64,000 nt of DNA from Candidatus Collierbacteria bacterium (GCA_016183365.1 JACPES010000003.1:13726-77725), one strand, 5' to 3'. Shown: positions 9,212 through 19,962, counted from the stretch's first letter. A program made the numbers and translations. The notes: generated by a model not told the origin, from the letters alone.

Positions 9212-9547
9212 ATGAGAGTGTGGGCAGTCGGATTAGTCACCAATGATGCTCCGAATTCTTTGGCCGATATTGAAACGGTAATTAAGAATTTATTGGGATC
9301 GGCTGCCAGCCTGATTGGGTTGGCTATTTTTGTGATGCTGGTGGTCGGAGCCTTTCAATACATTACTTCCGGAGCGGACCAAAAAGCTGTGGAAAAATCC
9401 CGACAAGTATTCACTTTTGCCTTGATGGGCGGAGCCGCGATCATAATTTTATGGCTGGTATTTGTTTTCCTGAAAGAATTCACCGGCATTGACTTACTGA
9501 AGTTTAATATTTGTATATTTCAAGATGAATTCTGCAAATTGCCGTGA
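9212..9547 (+). CDS. VirB2/TrbC-like pilin
   Basis: YITSGADQKAVEKSRQVFTFALMG. Confidence 0.85.
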   Translation: MRVWAVGLVTNDAPNSLADIETVIKNLLGSAASLIGLAIFVMLVVGAFQYITSGADQKAVEKSRQVFTFALMGGAAIIILWLVFVFLKEFTGIDLLKFNICIFQDEFCKLP

Positions 9548-12408
9548 AAAAATTTACTATTTTGCCAATATTCATGCTTCTGCTCTTGAGTATAAGTTTA
9601 CAACCCACTCCGGCCGACGCTTTGGAAACCTGCGTTCCCCAGCAGATAAATCCCAACGAACCCCATGAATTCCGACCCAATCCCGGGCAAATCTGCACTC
9701 CCGAGATTCCGCAAGCAGCCCGCTTAACCTGCGGCACTGATCTGGTAGCCCAAAAAACCGTCAACGCGGCTCGGGGCGGGACTGGCTGCTCGCCGGCAAA
9801 TCCGACCGTCGGACAAACAGTTACCTGCACTAGGGATCTTAGTGTTGATGTGCCGATTTCCATCGGGCTGGCGGGATTGGAATTACCAATCGCCGGCGTG
9901 GCCAGCAACACCCAAGTCAGCGATACTTTAAACCCCGCCCAAAAAATGAGCCAGTACACCAGTTGGTATCTTCAAGGAGTCAAAGAGGATGGCACCAATG
10001 CCAAAGCCCTGGCCGACTACATGAACGGCATCATCAATAGCACCGGTGGCATCGGTAACCTGAAGCTCCTGTCGCCGGTTTTTAATATCCCCAGCTTCCA
10101 AACGCCCGGTCTGTTTGCCGCCATAGAAGCAGCCGGGGCAAAATTCAGTGAGCTGGATGCTTTCGCCGGCAACACCTACACCTTGGAAGGCCGCAAAGCT
10201 TATGACTGGTACGCCGATTTCCTGAAGGGAAAGGCGGATCAGTACGGCAAAAAAGTGATCTTCACCGAATTCGGTGATTTCGCCACCATCAACACCCAGC
10301 CAGACAACCGCCCGGATGTGGTCGCGACAATGAAGCAAGAGTTTGACCGGACGATGAGTGATGGCAATATTGAATCGGCGTTATATTTCAACGCGCTGGG
10401 AGATAATCCCGGCTTCGGTGGTTTTCGCCTGTCGCCGGATGAGCTGCGGGCGATTACTCAAGGCGCGCCTCGCCGAGCCGGGATTAACTCGGCCTCGCCG
10501 GTAAATGGCGGCGGCGGTTTTGCCACGCGCGTCGCCGACCTTGGTCTGGGTTGGACGCTGGAAATTGCCTACAACCCCAGCGATAAAGACGCTGTCGTCA
10601 GCGCGTTTAACACCGCAATTGCCCGCGGCCTGACACCGATCCTGCGAATCTGCGCCGGCGATGCCTGCGAATTCAGCGATCCGGCCGTCTATGCCCAATT
10701 CCTGCGCGACATTGCTCCCCGGATCAATGGCACCTTTTGGGCGATTGCCGGGCCGAACGAACCGGATATCGAAACTTGGGTAAGTGGAACTTCGAGCGTT
10801 CAGACCGACCAGTTCAGCTTCTTGGGTCCGATCAAAAAACTGGTTTCCGATACCGTCATCGACCAGAAAAAAACCGATCTGATCAATGCCGCAGTCGCCG
10901 GAACCGCGTATAACCAAATTATCGGCTACGTGTACCACAACGCCGTCATTCCTCGGCTGGAAGCAAAGAATTTGCTGCAGCAAAACCCCCGCCAGACTGA
11001 TATCCAGCGGATCCGCCTCACCGATATGGCCAATCATCTTAATCCGGCCTACATCGAAGGGGATCAAGAAGCCCTAAAGTGGTATATCCTCTGGCGCGAC
11101 ATGCCGTTTAGTCAAACCGTGGATCTGCCGGGTGAAATTTTCGCCACCACGTCGCTAGCCGATGCCAACGTCAAAAACGCCAGATTAACAATCACCTCGA
11201 CACTGGCGGACTTCCGGGTGGCCTTCCCCCATTTGGTGGAAGACGACCAAATGAGCCAATTGCTGCAAGCGGTGTTTCGGCCGCTGGGAGTGGCTGAAAC
11301 CAGCGGTTTTTCCGAACCGAATGCGGTGGATTATTCCACCGTCAATCGAGCCACACCGTTTAATACCAACTATTGCGATCTGCGGGAAACTTATAGCAAT
11401 CGCGGCGACAGCCTGGAAACCACCCGAACGATTACCGGCAACTTTAGCTTCACCAAAACCGTTACATATTCTTATACTCATGGAGAAAAAGACGCCAACG
11501 GCAAGCTCCTGACCACGATTGATGTAGATGTGTCGGGGCCGGTGTCGGTTTTCGCCCGCAATCCGCTGTCCATCGACAATATCTACGATCGATTAGTTGG
11601 CGGCCCATCAGCAATTTTTAAAGCCATTTTCCCCAACCCCGATCAAACCCTCGGTGGGATCAAGGACCTGCCGGCGGCAGCGCCGATCTCCATGAATTGC
11701 GGCTCCGGCTGCACGGTGAAACCCGGTAATCAAGAAGGGCGTAAAGCCGAGGTTTTCTTCGCCCACTGGGGCAGCGTGCTGACTTACTTCCACGACAAGC
11801 TCCAAAAAGCCCTTGACCCGCTGGGACGCACTAGCGCAGGTCCGAATCCGCCAGGCGGCGGAGGCTTATCTTGCACTATGCCGATTACTTCCTGCGGCCC
11901 GGTCAATTGGAACCTCGGTCTCTTTGACACTTATTTCAACGCTTACAATTCGGATAACAATAGCTCCTGGAGTCTGATCAAAGAACCATGGGCGCAGCAG
12001 CTGATCGGCCAAACCGCCGGCTGGAGCTGTCCGCAGTTTGTCAGTACCTTGTGGCTTGAGGAATCCGGTGGATCGGCAATCGGGCAGTATGATTTGGGTT
12101 GCATTTATCACCTCGATGGACACAGGGCACTAACCAGTGATCATCGCGGCGGGCCGGCTGATTTTCCCACCTACACCGCCTTTAAAAATCACTATGAACC
12201 CATCCTCAAAGATCAGCTCGCTTGTCTGCGCTCGTATATCGAACCGATCGGTGAAGATTTTCAAACCTTCATGTGTCAGTACAGCGGAGAGACCGATGCC
12301 GATCCGACTAAGCCATTCCGCCAATGCGATACCTTTACTAACAATCCCAATTTCCCCGTCAACATGTGTAAAATCGGCGGCGAAGTGGGAATTGCCACCC
12401 CAAACTAG
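9544..12408 (+). CDS. Large secreted protein with putative permuted clan GH-A glycoside hydrolase domain and lysozyme-like C-terminus
   Basis: Signal peptide; VIFTEFG and GPNEP motifs; LWLEESGG near C-terminus. Confidence 0.6.
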   Translation: MKKFTILPIFMLLLLSISLQPTPADALETCVPQQINPNEPHEFRPNPGQICTPEIPQAARLTCGTDLVAQKTVNAARGGTGCSPANPTVGQTVTCTRDLSVDVPISIGLAGLELPIAGVASNTQVSDTLNPAQKMSQYTSWYLQGVKEDGTNAKALADYMNGIINSTGGIGNLKLLSPVFNIPSFQTPGLFAAIEAAGAKFSELDAFAGNTYTLEGRKAYDWYADFLKGKADQYGKKVIFTEFGDFATINTQPDNRPDVVATMKQEFDRTMSDGNIESALYFNALGDNPGFGGFRLSPDELRAITQGAPRRAGINSASPVNGGGGFATRVADLGLGWTLEIAYNPSDKDAVVSAFNTAIARGLTPILRICAGDACEFSDPAVYAQFLRDIAPRINGTFWAIAGPNEPDIETWVSGTSSVQTDQFSFLGPIKKLVSDTVIDQKKTDLINAAVAGTAYNQIIGYVYHNAVIPRLEAKNLLQQNPRQTDIQRIRLTDMANHLNPAYIEGDQEALKWYILWRDMPFSQTVDLPGEIFATTSLADANVKNARLTITSTLADFRVAFPHLVEDDQMSQLLQAVFRPLGVAETSGFSEPNAVDYSTVNRATPFNTNYCDLRETYSNRGDSLETTRTITGNFSFTKTVTYSYTHGEKDANGKLLTTIDVDVSGPVSVFARNPLSIDNIYDRLVGGPSAIFKAIFPNPDQTLGGIKDLPAAAPISMNCGSGCTVKPGNQEGRKAEVFFAHWGSVLTYFHDKLQKALDPLGRTSAGPNPPGGGGLSCTMPITSCGPVNWNLGLFDTYFNAYNSDNNSSWSLIKEPWAQQLIGQTAGWSCPQFVSTLWLEESGGSAIGQYDLGCIYHLDGHRALTSDHRGGPADFPTYTAFKNHYEPILKDQLACLRSYIEPIGEDFQTFMCQYSGETDADPTKPFRQCDTFTNNPNFPVNMCKIGGEVGIATPN

Positions 12409-12411
12409 TAA

Positions 12412-13992
12412 TTGATGGACAAATTTTGTGATATGCTATTTGTAATGAAGCGCGTCTGCCGCCGGCTGACAACTATCTTAACTATCTTAACGATTCTGGC
12501 CCTGCTGCGGCCAGTCTTCGCCCAGGACATCAAGGAAAATCCCTATTGGCGCCAGAGCACCACTTCCCAAGTCCAGGAGGTTGAGGTGGGGCCGGAAAAC
12601 GAAGTCACCGCTCCCCGCTACACCTATTTCCAAACCAATACTACTTTTAACGCCATCAGCGCCGGAATTCTCGATCCCACCGGCCAAAATCAATCGGCAG
12701 CTGTGCCGCTATTGGGCCGGTCCATTGCCTTGCTTACCGGCCGGCCGCCGGTCCAAACCCATGAATATCTGGCGTATATGGCAAGCAAGGCTGGGTTTAT
12801 TGACCAGGCTTACGCCCAGTCAAGAGGCGGGTTTGAGGTCTTACAGCCGATTCAAAAATTATGGATTGCCACCCGAAACATAGCCTACTTGATCACTTCC
12901 CTAACTTTAGTAGTAATTGGATTTATGATCATGCTGCGGAAAAAAATCGACGCCCAGACAATTGTCGGGGTCGAACAGGCTTTGCCGAATTTGGTCATCA
13001 CCCTGCTTTTAATTACCTTTAGCTACGCCATTGCCGGATTTGTGATTGATATGATTTATTTCGTGTCGTTTTTTGGAATTAAATTGCTAGCCCTGAATAA
13101 CATTTTTGCTCCAGGAGACTACGGCAGTGCCGCCATTGAAACCATCAGAACTAAATCCATCTTCTCTATCGGCATCCGGGATCTATTCCGGATTGGCGGC
13201 ACCAGCGCCGGCTCGGCCGAAACCGCCGCGGACGCCGTCGGCAATTTAATCGCGGAATTATTGGGCGAGGGCAAACTGTTCGCGGCTACGCAAATAATTT
13301 CCCAGCCGATCGCTTACGTCATTTTCGCCGTCGCGATTTTGTTCGCGGTTTTTAAGCTGTTCTTTAGCCTTTTGATGGCGTATATCCAAATAATTTTATT
13401 GGCCATATTGGGGCCGCTGCAACTGATGCTCAACGCCTTGCCGGGGAGTGACGCATTTTCTAAATGGTTTAGAAATCTTTTGGCTAACGCCATGGCTTTT
13501 CCGGCTGCCATTATGATGCTGGTCTTCGCCGCCGCTCTGATGGGCCAAACCGGCGAACATTTTAGGATTGCCGACGACATTGGTTTTACCGATAGCGTAA
13601 GCGGGGTTAAATGGATCCCGCCCTTGGTTTTCGGAAGCGGGGCCGGAGCCACCAATCCCGTCGACGCGGTCATCGCCCTGATCGGAATCGGGATCCTGCT
13701 GATGACACCCAAGGTCGTGGATATGGTCAAAGAAGCCATCCAAGCCCCCGAATTCAAGTACGGCTCCGCCATCGGCGAAGCGGTTGGGTTTGGGTGGTCA
13801 CCAATTAAACGTGGTTGGGGAGCGGGAACCGACATAGCAAGACAAGAAAGACAATTCAGAGAACAAGCCAGAATTTGGGGCAAAGAAGATTTATCACCAT
13901 ATCAACCGCCAACAGGACAACAACCTACTCGCTGGACAGATTTGAGGGGTCGCCTCGGTGCATTTGGACGCCGATTTACGGGTTTGCAATAA
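12412..13992 (+). CDS. Polytopic membrane protein, VirB6/TrbL-like T4SS component
   Basis: LWIATRNIAY...ALPNLVITLLLITFSYAIAGFVID; multiple TMs; follows the pilin array. Confidence 0.75.
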   Translation: MMDKFCDMLFVMKRVCRRLTTILTILTILALLRPVFAQDIKENPYWRQSTTSQVQEVEVGPENEVTAPRYTYFQTNTTFNAISAGILDPTGQNQSAAVPLLGRSIALLTGRPPVQTHEYLAYMASKAGFIDQAYAQSRGGFEVLQPIQKLWIATRNIAYLITSLTLVVIGFMIMLRKKIDAQTIVGVEQALPNLVITLLLITFSYAIAGFVIDMIYFVSFFGIKLLALNNIFAPGDYGSAAIETIRTKSIFSIGIRDLFRIGGTSAGSAETAADAVGNLIAELLGEGKLFAATQIISQPIAYVIFAVAILFAVFKLFFSLLMAYIQIILLAILGPLQLMLNALPGSDAFSKWFRNLLANAMAFPAAIMMLVFAAALMGQTGEHFRIADDIGFTDSVSGVKWIPPLVFGSGAGATNPVDAVIALIGIGILLMTPKVVDMVKEAIQAPEFKYGSAIGEAVGFGWSPIKRGWGAGTDIARQERQFREQARIWGKEDLSPYQPPTGQQPTRWTDLRGRLGAFGRRFTGLQ

Positions 13993-14047
13993 ATTAACTC
14001 ATCCCCCTCCACGACACCAGCAAACGATTTTTTATTCTCGTTTTGTA

Positions 14048-16420
14048 TTAAATAGCTCTCGTAACTTTATGATAGTTTAAACTATTCGGTCCAAAATACT
14101 GCGGCGGGGCCAAACACAAGGAATGATCCGCACCCGCTCCGATTAATCCTTTCTTGGCCAACTTTTCTAGGTTCATTTGCAATACACCTTTTTGGTCACC
14201 ATTGATCAATCCCTCGTTTTCCATAAACTCATACAATTGAGACAAATGGTATAAACCAAATGGAATACGCCCAGCAAGCCAATGCATCGAAAATCTGTTA
14301 TGCCCATTCTGAGTGATAGCCTCATGAGTTTTTACCATCTTATCGACACGATTTCTTTCATCCCCTAATAAATTGGGGTTCTGTTTCATCTCGCTCAATG
14401 ATCGTCCAGCTTCACGGTATAATTCCGCAGTCGTAGCTGTATAAAATAAAGGTCTGCCGCTAGGACCAACTAAAAACCTTTCGGATTCATCTTCAACCCA
14501 CCAACATCCAATTTCTTTTAATGCTTTCTCAAATTCTTGAAGTTCAGCAACTTGTATATTTGCGGAAGCATCTGTAAACCAATCTTTAACCAGACGGTCG
14601 TAAGTAATTCCATCGGGAGCTACCTTTAACCCATTGCTCTTTACGAACTGCTTATAATCAAACATCAGGAAACGGCTTTCTTGATCATCTAATTTCCCAA
14701 CACAGTGCATCCGAGTAAGCCCCTTAAGCCAAAAATAAGTAAATGGAAGCGCCTGCTGATCCTCTGTGAAAGCAAAAAATTTACCTTGGTTATAACTATC
14801 TGCCAGGACCTTGGTTGCGGCTTTGGAAATTTCGATCGCCCTAACTCCCATAAGAAGCACTTGTTCTGGATTACTTTTATAACTCCTTTCACCCTTTGTC
14901 AGTTGTCCACCCCTCGCTTCTATAACTTTATTAACCATCTGTATCACCTCAGCAGTATCCAATACCTTCCCCGCGTAACGAACCCAATTATCAAAATCCC
15001 TTGATCCGATTTTAGACCAGTCAAATATTGCGATTCCTTTCTGGGATGCAAATTTAATCATGTTACGGAATCCTTCCTCGCCATTGTTTTGGCCAACCGG
15101 TAAACCAGAAACATTTCCTAAAATCTTATCCAAGAGGAGGAGGTGATAGATATTCAATTGTTCCTCGAGGGGCAATGTCGCAAAGTTCGCCTTTACGTGC
15201 TGTAATTCATTTGAAATTTGCGCATGCATCTGTACGAAATTAACTCCATTAAAAAGCGTTGAATGACGTTCGGCTCTCGTCTCCCACAGCTCCACCGGCC
15301 TCATATGATCGACTGGAATAAACGCGTATTCCGACACCGTATCCTCCATCTCAGCAGTTGTCATTCGACCGCGTCGCGCCTGTATTGTTGCCGCTAACGC
15401 AATATCAGATTCTCCTTCGCGTGGGCGATAAAGAAAAATATCTTTCAGCGCTTCAATTCGTCTTCTTGCCAAATTTACCTCCGCTGACGGTGCTCCTGGC
15501 GACGCTTCAAATAGACCCCAAAAATAAGATAGGGCATCTTTAGCGTATTTCGACACACCTCCTGGATAAATTGGCGTCAGGTTCGCTTCGGGCGCAATCT
15601 GCGCATCAATCATTCCATACTCTATAAAATAGCGAGCTCCAGGCATTTTCCTGGCATGAAATTCTCGGTGGCTGCCTTTCACTGTTTGCGTGTATTCAAG
15701 GACATCGTTAGTAATATGCAAGAACGCTTCGGCTCCATAAGCAATTGGCGCTAGAAAATCTTCCAACTGTCCTGTCGACTCAATCGGATATCCATTATAT
15801 GTCTGGTACTCTCCCCAACGGACGTTCAAAGACTCACGAGGAATTTCTAATTGATCTTCAACTAACTCATCAATGAGGTGTTTATACTTCGAGGCATGAC
15901 GACCAGGCGTATCGGCTTCTCGAAGCTGACGCGCCATTTCCGGCCTATAAGCCACTCTCCCCATTACATCAGCTAGTGAGAAATCAAGCGGGCGGTTGGC
16001 AAATTCTCCTTCAAGTCGAACCTTCATATCTTTTACGCCGACATAAGGAATAGCCGCAATATTATCGGGAGGAATAGGACTAACCATACCACGAATTTGT
16101 TCAAAATTCGTATATCCTTCAACATCCGAAATCGCCGCGACGTGAGCAACCAATCCGAGAAGAGATCCTATCCCAAGGGTACCAACGTGTTCTCCCCAAT
16201 CAATAGAACCAATGTCATTCGACGTAACCTGCGACCGGAGGAGTTGAAAACTTTGAGGATGTTTAGCAAGTGCTTTCATTAAGTGCCCTCGCATAAACTG
16301 CCCTCGTTCCCGAGGCGAAAGCGTCCTTGCATAATCCATAATTTCAGGAAGTTGATAATATCGGCCAACTCCAAACAACATCTGTTGAAGTAGCCCCATC
16401 ATATCTTCAGGACCTGGCAT
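14048..16420 (-). CDS. Hypothetical soluble protein (790 aa)
   Basis: Long ORF; no recognised motif. Confidence 0.75.
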   Translation of the reverse strand: MPGPEDMMGLLQQMLFGVGRYYQLPEIMDYARTLSPRERGQFMRGHLMKALAKHPQSFQLLRSQVTSNDIGSIDWGEHVGTLGIGSLLGLVAHVAAISDVEGYTNFEQIRGMVSPIPPDNIAAIPYVGVKDMKVRLEGEFANRPLDFSLADVMGRVAYRPEMARQLREADTPGRHASKYKHLIDELVEDQLEIPRESLNVRWGEYQTYNGYPIESTGQLEDFLAPIAYGAEAFLHITNDVLEYTQTVKGSHREFHARKMPGARYFIEYGMIDAQIAPEANLTPIYPGGVSKYAKDALSYFWGLFEASPGAPSAEVNLARRRIEALKDIFLYRPREGESDIALAATIQARRGRMTTAEMEDTVSEYAFIPVDHMRPVELWETRAERHSTLFNGVNFVQMHAQISNELQHVKANFATLPLEEQLNIYHLLLLDKILGNVSGLPVGQNNGEEGFRNMIKFASQKGIAIFDWSKIGSRDFDNWVRYAGKVLDTAEVIQMVNKVIEARGGQLTKGERSYKSNPEQVLLMGVRAIEISKAATKVLADSYNQGKFFAFTEDQQALPFTYFWLKGLTRMHCVGKLDDQESRFLMFDYKQFVKSNGLKVAPDGITYDRLVKDWFTDASANIQVAELQEFEKALKEIGCWWVEDESERFLVGPSGRPLFYTATTAELYREAGRSLSEMKQNPNLLGDERNRVDKMVKTHEAITQNGHNRFSMHWLAGRIPFGLYHLSQLYEFMENEGLINGDQKGVLQMNLEKLAKKGLIGAGADHSLCLAPPQYFGPNSLNYHKVTRAI

Positions 16421-16424
16421 AGCG

Positions 16425-17474
16425 TTATCCTCCGTTCCTTCCCAACATAGACTTTAAAACACGCAAAAGTATGCCAATGTCAGCTCCGGGAGGAATCAAT
16501 CCGATGTCAGGCGAAAAACCCAAAGCGTCATCTCTTCTGAGTCTTTCGTATAGATTGATTAATGATCCGTTCTGTTTTTCTAAATCATTTGGAAATTGAC
16601 CAACTAGTGTCTGTCTCAACTCAACAAGGAAATTAGCAGCAATCTGTTCACCTGTATTCTGTCGATCTGAACTAAGTTTTAGTACATTCTCTATCGCAAA
16701 TTGATGTTGAACCTCTTCACCTAAACGTAGTAATATAACACGCAGCTCGCTCCTATTTCCATTCCATGCCGATAAATTCCCAGAAAGTCGTCTGGGGTTA
16801 GCGTCAATTTCTTTTATCATGCTCTGTAGAGTGAGAAGTGTTCTGTTTTTATCTATTCCAAGATTTCGTTGAAGGCCAGCTAGCCACTGTTGCTGTTCTG
16901 ACGGAAGCCCTATACGCCAATCAGCCGGTTGAATAGCCGCCTGCGGTTCGGGCGGCGACGTCGCCGGACGGCGGGCCTCGCGGATAATTTCCTCAATCGG
17001 CCGCCTGTCGCCCCCGGCTTGAGCCGCCCTAATCGCTTCGTAAATTTTCCGATATTCTTCAAAAGTACAAAGTGGCTTCCCGCCAACCGTTATCTGTTCT
17101 CCGTCACCCAAATCCTTCTGCCGCTGGCTCTCGATATATTGACCTATCTTATCAAGATTTACCTGCCCCGCCATCCCCGCAAAATATTTCTCCACCGGAT
17201 CGACCCCCCCCCCTCCCCCCATCTCCTCCGGATTTGATTCGTCCACCTTTCCCGCCGCCCGCAATTGTTCCAGCGGAGTCGTCGCCGGCCCAAACATTTG
17301 TTCGACATCGGCAGGCCCCAAATCCCTCACTTCGCCAACTCCCGCGTTCGCCTCGTGATTAGTTCCAAGCTGCGGAGCTGTACCTTCCGCCAGTCCGGCC
17401 GGAAACTGTCCTACCGGTAGCCCCTCCGGTCTTTGTCCTGGTGATAATTGTTCTGTGTTCATCTGATCAGGCAT
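16425..17474 (-). CDS. Hypothetical protein with low-complexity leader and MGGG-DP-YF motif
   Basis: Long ORF; TGCTATAAT just upstream. Confidence 0.75.
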   Translation of the reverse strand: MPDQMNTEQLSPGQRPEGLPVGQFPAGLAEGTAPQLGTNHEANAGVGEVRDLGPADVEQMFGPATTPLEQLRAAGKVDESNPEEMGGGGGVDPVEKYFAGMAGQVNLDKIGQYIESQRQKDLGDGEQITVGGKPLCTFEEYRKIYEAIRAAQAGGDRRPIEEIIREARRPATSPPEPQAAIQPADWRIGLPSEQQQWLAGLQRNLGIDKNRTLLTLQSMIKEIDANPRRLSGNLSAWNGNRSELRVILLRLGEEVQHQFAIENVLKLSSDRQNTGEQIAANFLVELRQTLVGQFPNDLEKQNGSLINLYERLRRDDALGFSPDIGLIPPGADIGILLRVLKSMLGRNGG

Positions 17475-17519
17475 TGAGAAGATTATAGCAATGTGAAGAG
17501 ATAGCTACAAACAGAAAAA

Positions 17520-18095
17520 TTACATCCCGTGATCCCTCGGCTCATAAACGGGATTAAAACATCTATGTCTACCCTGCGCAATCTGTTCAGCCAAGCGATT
17601 TTCGATCTTCTCAAGCAATGCCGGATCTTTCACCAAGAACAAATCACTTTTACTATTAACAATCACCGATGCTGCTTCTACCCAAATCTTATTCGGATTA
17701 TCAATTTCTAATTCAACTCCAAGTTTAGTTGTTGTTTCTCCTTCTCCCCTGTCTTTTTCCACAAAAAACCCAACTGTTTCGGCATGATACATTCCACCCT
17801 CTTTATTTTTAAGATCGTAACAATCTACAATCCCCTTTCGTATATGCAATTCGACTGCCGGATCAACCTCCTTAAGAACGCCCAAAACATCTACTAAAAC
17901 TCTTTGGACGCCGGTGGCCTCAAGGGCTTTTTTCCCTTTCTCAAATCTAACCTTTTCCAAGGCCTCTTGTTGTCGTGTTTTTTCTTGATACTCAATGAGC
18001 AATTTGCGCTGCTCCTCCTCCTGCAGCCGTAACTCCGCCGCCTTTTCAGCTTCAGCCCGCTGAATAATTTGTTGGACTTTCTCTTTAATACTCAT
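17520..18095 (-). CDS. Hypothetical protein with N-terminal coiled coil
   Basis: ORF track. Confidence 0.7.
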   Translation of the reverse strand: MSIKEKVQQIIQRAEAEKAAELRLQEEEQRKLLIEYQEKTRQQEALEKVRFEKGKKALEATGVQRVLVDVLGVLKEVDPAVELHIRKGIVDCYDLKNKEGGMYHAETVGFFVEKDRGEGETTTKLGVELEIDNPNKIWVEAASVIVNSKSDLFLVKDPALLEKIENRLAEQIAQGRHRCFNPVYEPRDHGM

Positions 18096-18129
18096 ATATA
18101 AAATAAAATTTCGGATTGTAAATACCGTC

Positions 18130-19245
18130 TTATCTTTCCATTCCAGCTAAAATGTCCACCATTGCCCTCTTAACATTTGTCTCGTTAGGCTGAGCGATTA
18201 GCTTTCCTCCAAGATTTGCTTCAACCGTTACATAGAGACCTAATTTACCATCAGTTTTCATCGTACTAAAACGAATGGCAAAAGTATCCCGGGAAGACTC
18301 TGGTAGATAAAATTCATCTCCTTCTTTGGCCGGATAAGAAAATCCAAAACATTTCTCTGCTAAATACTTAAAACACCTTTTTTGTGTAATCTCAATTGCG
18401 ATTTCATCTCTAAGACTAATGACGTTTTCAGGTGGGGTGTTGACAATAATATGCTGAGATAGTTCTTTCCCTGTATCTAAGAACGACATCGGCTGGCCAC
18501 AAAACGCCGTAATAGACAAGGTTGGCACCCCCTTGTTAACTCCTATGGCCTTTGCGGCTAAACGGTAAGGTGGCTTACTATCCATATCTTCGATAAAAAA
18601 ACCTTTCCCTGCAAATCTATTCGAACCATCGCTTGTTAGATAATTAGTCGACTCCGATATTAATTGCGGAACGTGTAATCTCTCTAAGGAATCAACTGAT
18701 TCTCTGCACATGGGCGAGTCTGCGCTAATTTTTTTTAATTTATTACTAATTATCTCCGGGCGTAACTGCGCCAAGGCTTCTTCTTGTTCTTTTTTCTTCT
18801 TCGCTTCAGCTTCACCCTCTCGCGTACTTCTCAATGCTTGCACCTCATCTATTAGAGATATTAGAGATGGCTCCGTTCCTATGCCAGCGAGGGGGATGGT
18901 CACCTCAGGTATTACTTGTTGTTTGCGTACGCGGATTTCTTCTAGTCTAGCCCTATAATCAGCAAGTAAAATATCTGCTCCTTGAACTTTCACCGTCTTA
19001 ACGCCGCGTTGTGTTTGCTCATCAGCCCACTGAAGAAATTTATTTGTTTGATCTGCTCCCGCCGTTTCGACTTTACCAAAGTAATCAGCAAATGGATCAT
19101 CTCCGCCGCCCATCGCTTTCGGATTAAAACCAATCTCGACGCCCGCAGCGGTAAGTCTAGCGAGCGCTTCAATTCCGGCAGCAGAACCGGAGCCAAGGTA
19201 GGGAAGATTTTCTTCTAATCTTTTCACTTTATACGAGTATATCAA
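18130..19245 (-). CDS. Hypothetical protein sharing MGGG-DP-YF motif with 16425-17474 (start uncertain)
   Basis: NPKAMGGGDDPFADYF vs NPEEMGGGGGVDPVEKYF. Confidence 0.7.
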   Translation of the reverse strand: MIYSYKVKRLEENLPYLGSGSAAGIEALARLTAAGVEIGFNPKAMGGGDDPFADYFGKVETAGADQTNKFLQWADEQTQRGVKTVKVQGADILLADYRARLEEIRVRKQQVIPEVTIPLAGIGTEPSLISLIDEVQALRSTREGEAEAKKKKEQEEALAQLRPEIISNKLKKISADSPMCRESVDSLERLHVPQLISESTNYLTSDGSNRFAGKGFFIEDMDSKPPYRLAAKAIGVNKGVPTLSITAFCGQPMSFLDTGKELSQHIIVNTPPENVISLRDEIAIEITQKRCFKYLAEKCFGFSYPAKEGDEFYLPESSRDTFAIRFSTMKTDGKLGLYVTVEANLGGKLIAQPNETNVKRAMVDILAGMER

Positions 19246-19283
19246 ACGAAGTCAAGTTTTGAAGTCCAAAAGCATTTTCGCCG
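19238..19283. repeat. 46-bp direct repeat (second copy 20716-20761)
   Basis: TATATCAAACGAAGTCAAGTTTTGrrGTCCAAAAGCATTTTCGCCG, 2 mismatches. Confidence 0.9.
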
Positions 19284-19417
19284 TCCCGCCTCCGACCGAC
19301 TTCCCAAAAACGGCAATCTCCCCGCCCCGATCTCGGTCGCCTGCCTCCCTTCCGACAGCATCCCCGGTGTTGCTCCTTGTTCTATCTTTGACATATTATC
19401 CATAGGGCAGAAAAATC

Positions 19418-19446
19418 TTGACAACAATTATATCTTATGGTACATT
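19418..19446 (+). promoter_or_regulatory. Sigma70-like promoter
   Basis: TTGACA-17 bp-TACATT with extended TG. Confidence 0.65.
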
Positions 19447-19503
19447 ATCCTTGTTCGTGACCCGCAAGGGTTGTGCGGATAAGACTTAAGCCGCAAGCGA
19501 GTT

Positions 19504-19731
19504 TTATTTCTTCAATCGCAGAAAATCCTCCACCGTCAATCTTGCTCTCTTAATTTGAGATCTAAGCAATCCCGGGGCTAATTCTTTATGATCTGGAATC
19601 GATAAAATCGGAAAACCCGGAGTCGGATGTTCTAAAATGATGTGACTCCCTGCCTGGCGCGCTCGACAATAACCTACTTTCTCAAAACGTTTGACCGCTT
19701 CTCTGCCGGAAATATTGCTTAATTGACCCAT
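19504..19731 (-). CDS. hicA: HicA-family toxin (intact)
   Basis: RQAGSHIIL...IPDHKELAPGLLRS. Confidence 0.92.
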   Translation of the reverse strand: MGQLSNISGREAVKRFEKVGYCRARQAGSHIILEHPTPGFPILSIPDHKELAPGLLRSQIKRARLTVEDFLRLKK

Positions 19732-19734
19732 GCA

Positions 19735-19962
19735 TCAAATGGCGACTTGAATTCTGGTAAAACCGAGGTCTCCCACCGGAAACGTTTTTTCTGATTTTTT
19801 CTCCAGAACCTTCATGTAACCGTTAACCGCCTCTTTAATATTCTTAATCGCCTCCCGCTTGGTTTTCCCTTGAGACATGCAGCCGGGAAGACTGGGTATA
19901 TCAATTACGTATCCACCATATTCCAAATCATATTCAATATAAGCCTGAAATGATTTTTTCAT
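19735..19962 (-). CDS. hicB: HicB-family antitoxin
   Basis: PSLPGCMSQGKTKREAIKNIKEA. Confidence 0.92.
   Translation of the reverse strand: MKKSFQAYIEYDLEYGGYVIDIPSLPGCMSQGKTKREAIKNIKEAVNGYMKVLEKKSEKTFPVGDLGFTRIQVAI

Noticed and set aside
9064-9246. Short ORFs such as 9064-9246, 23326-23733, 38317-38523 and 58278-58535
   Set aside because: Translations of repeat arrays, oriC or alternative frames
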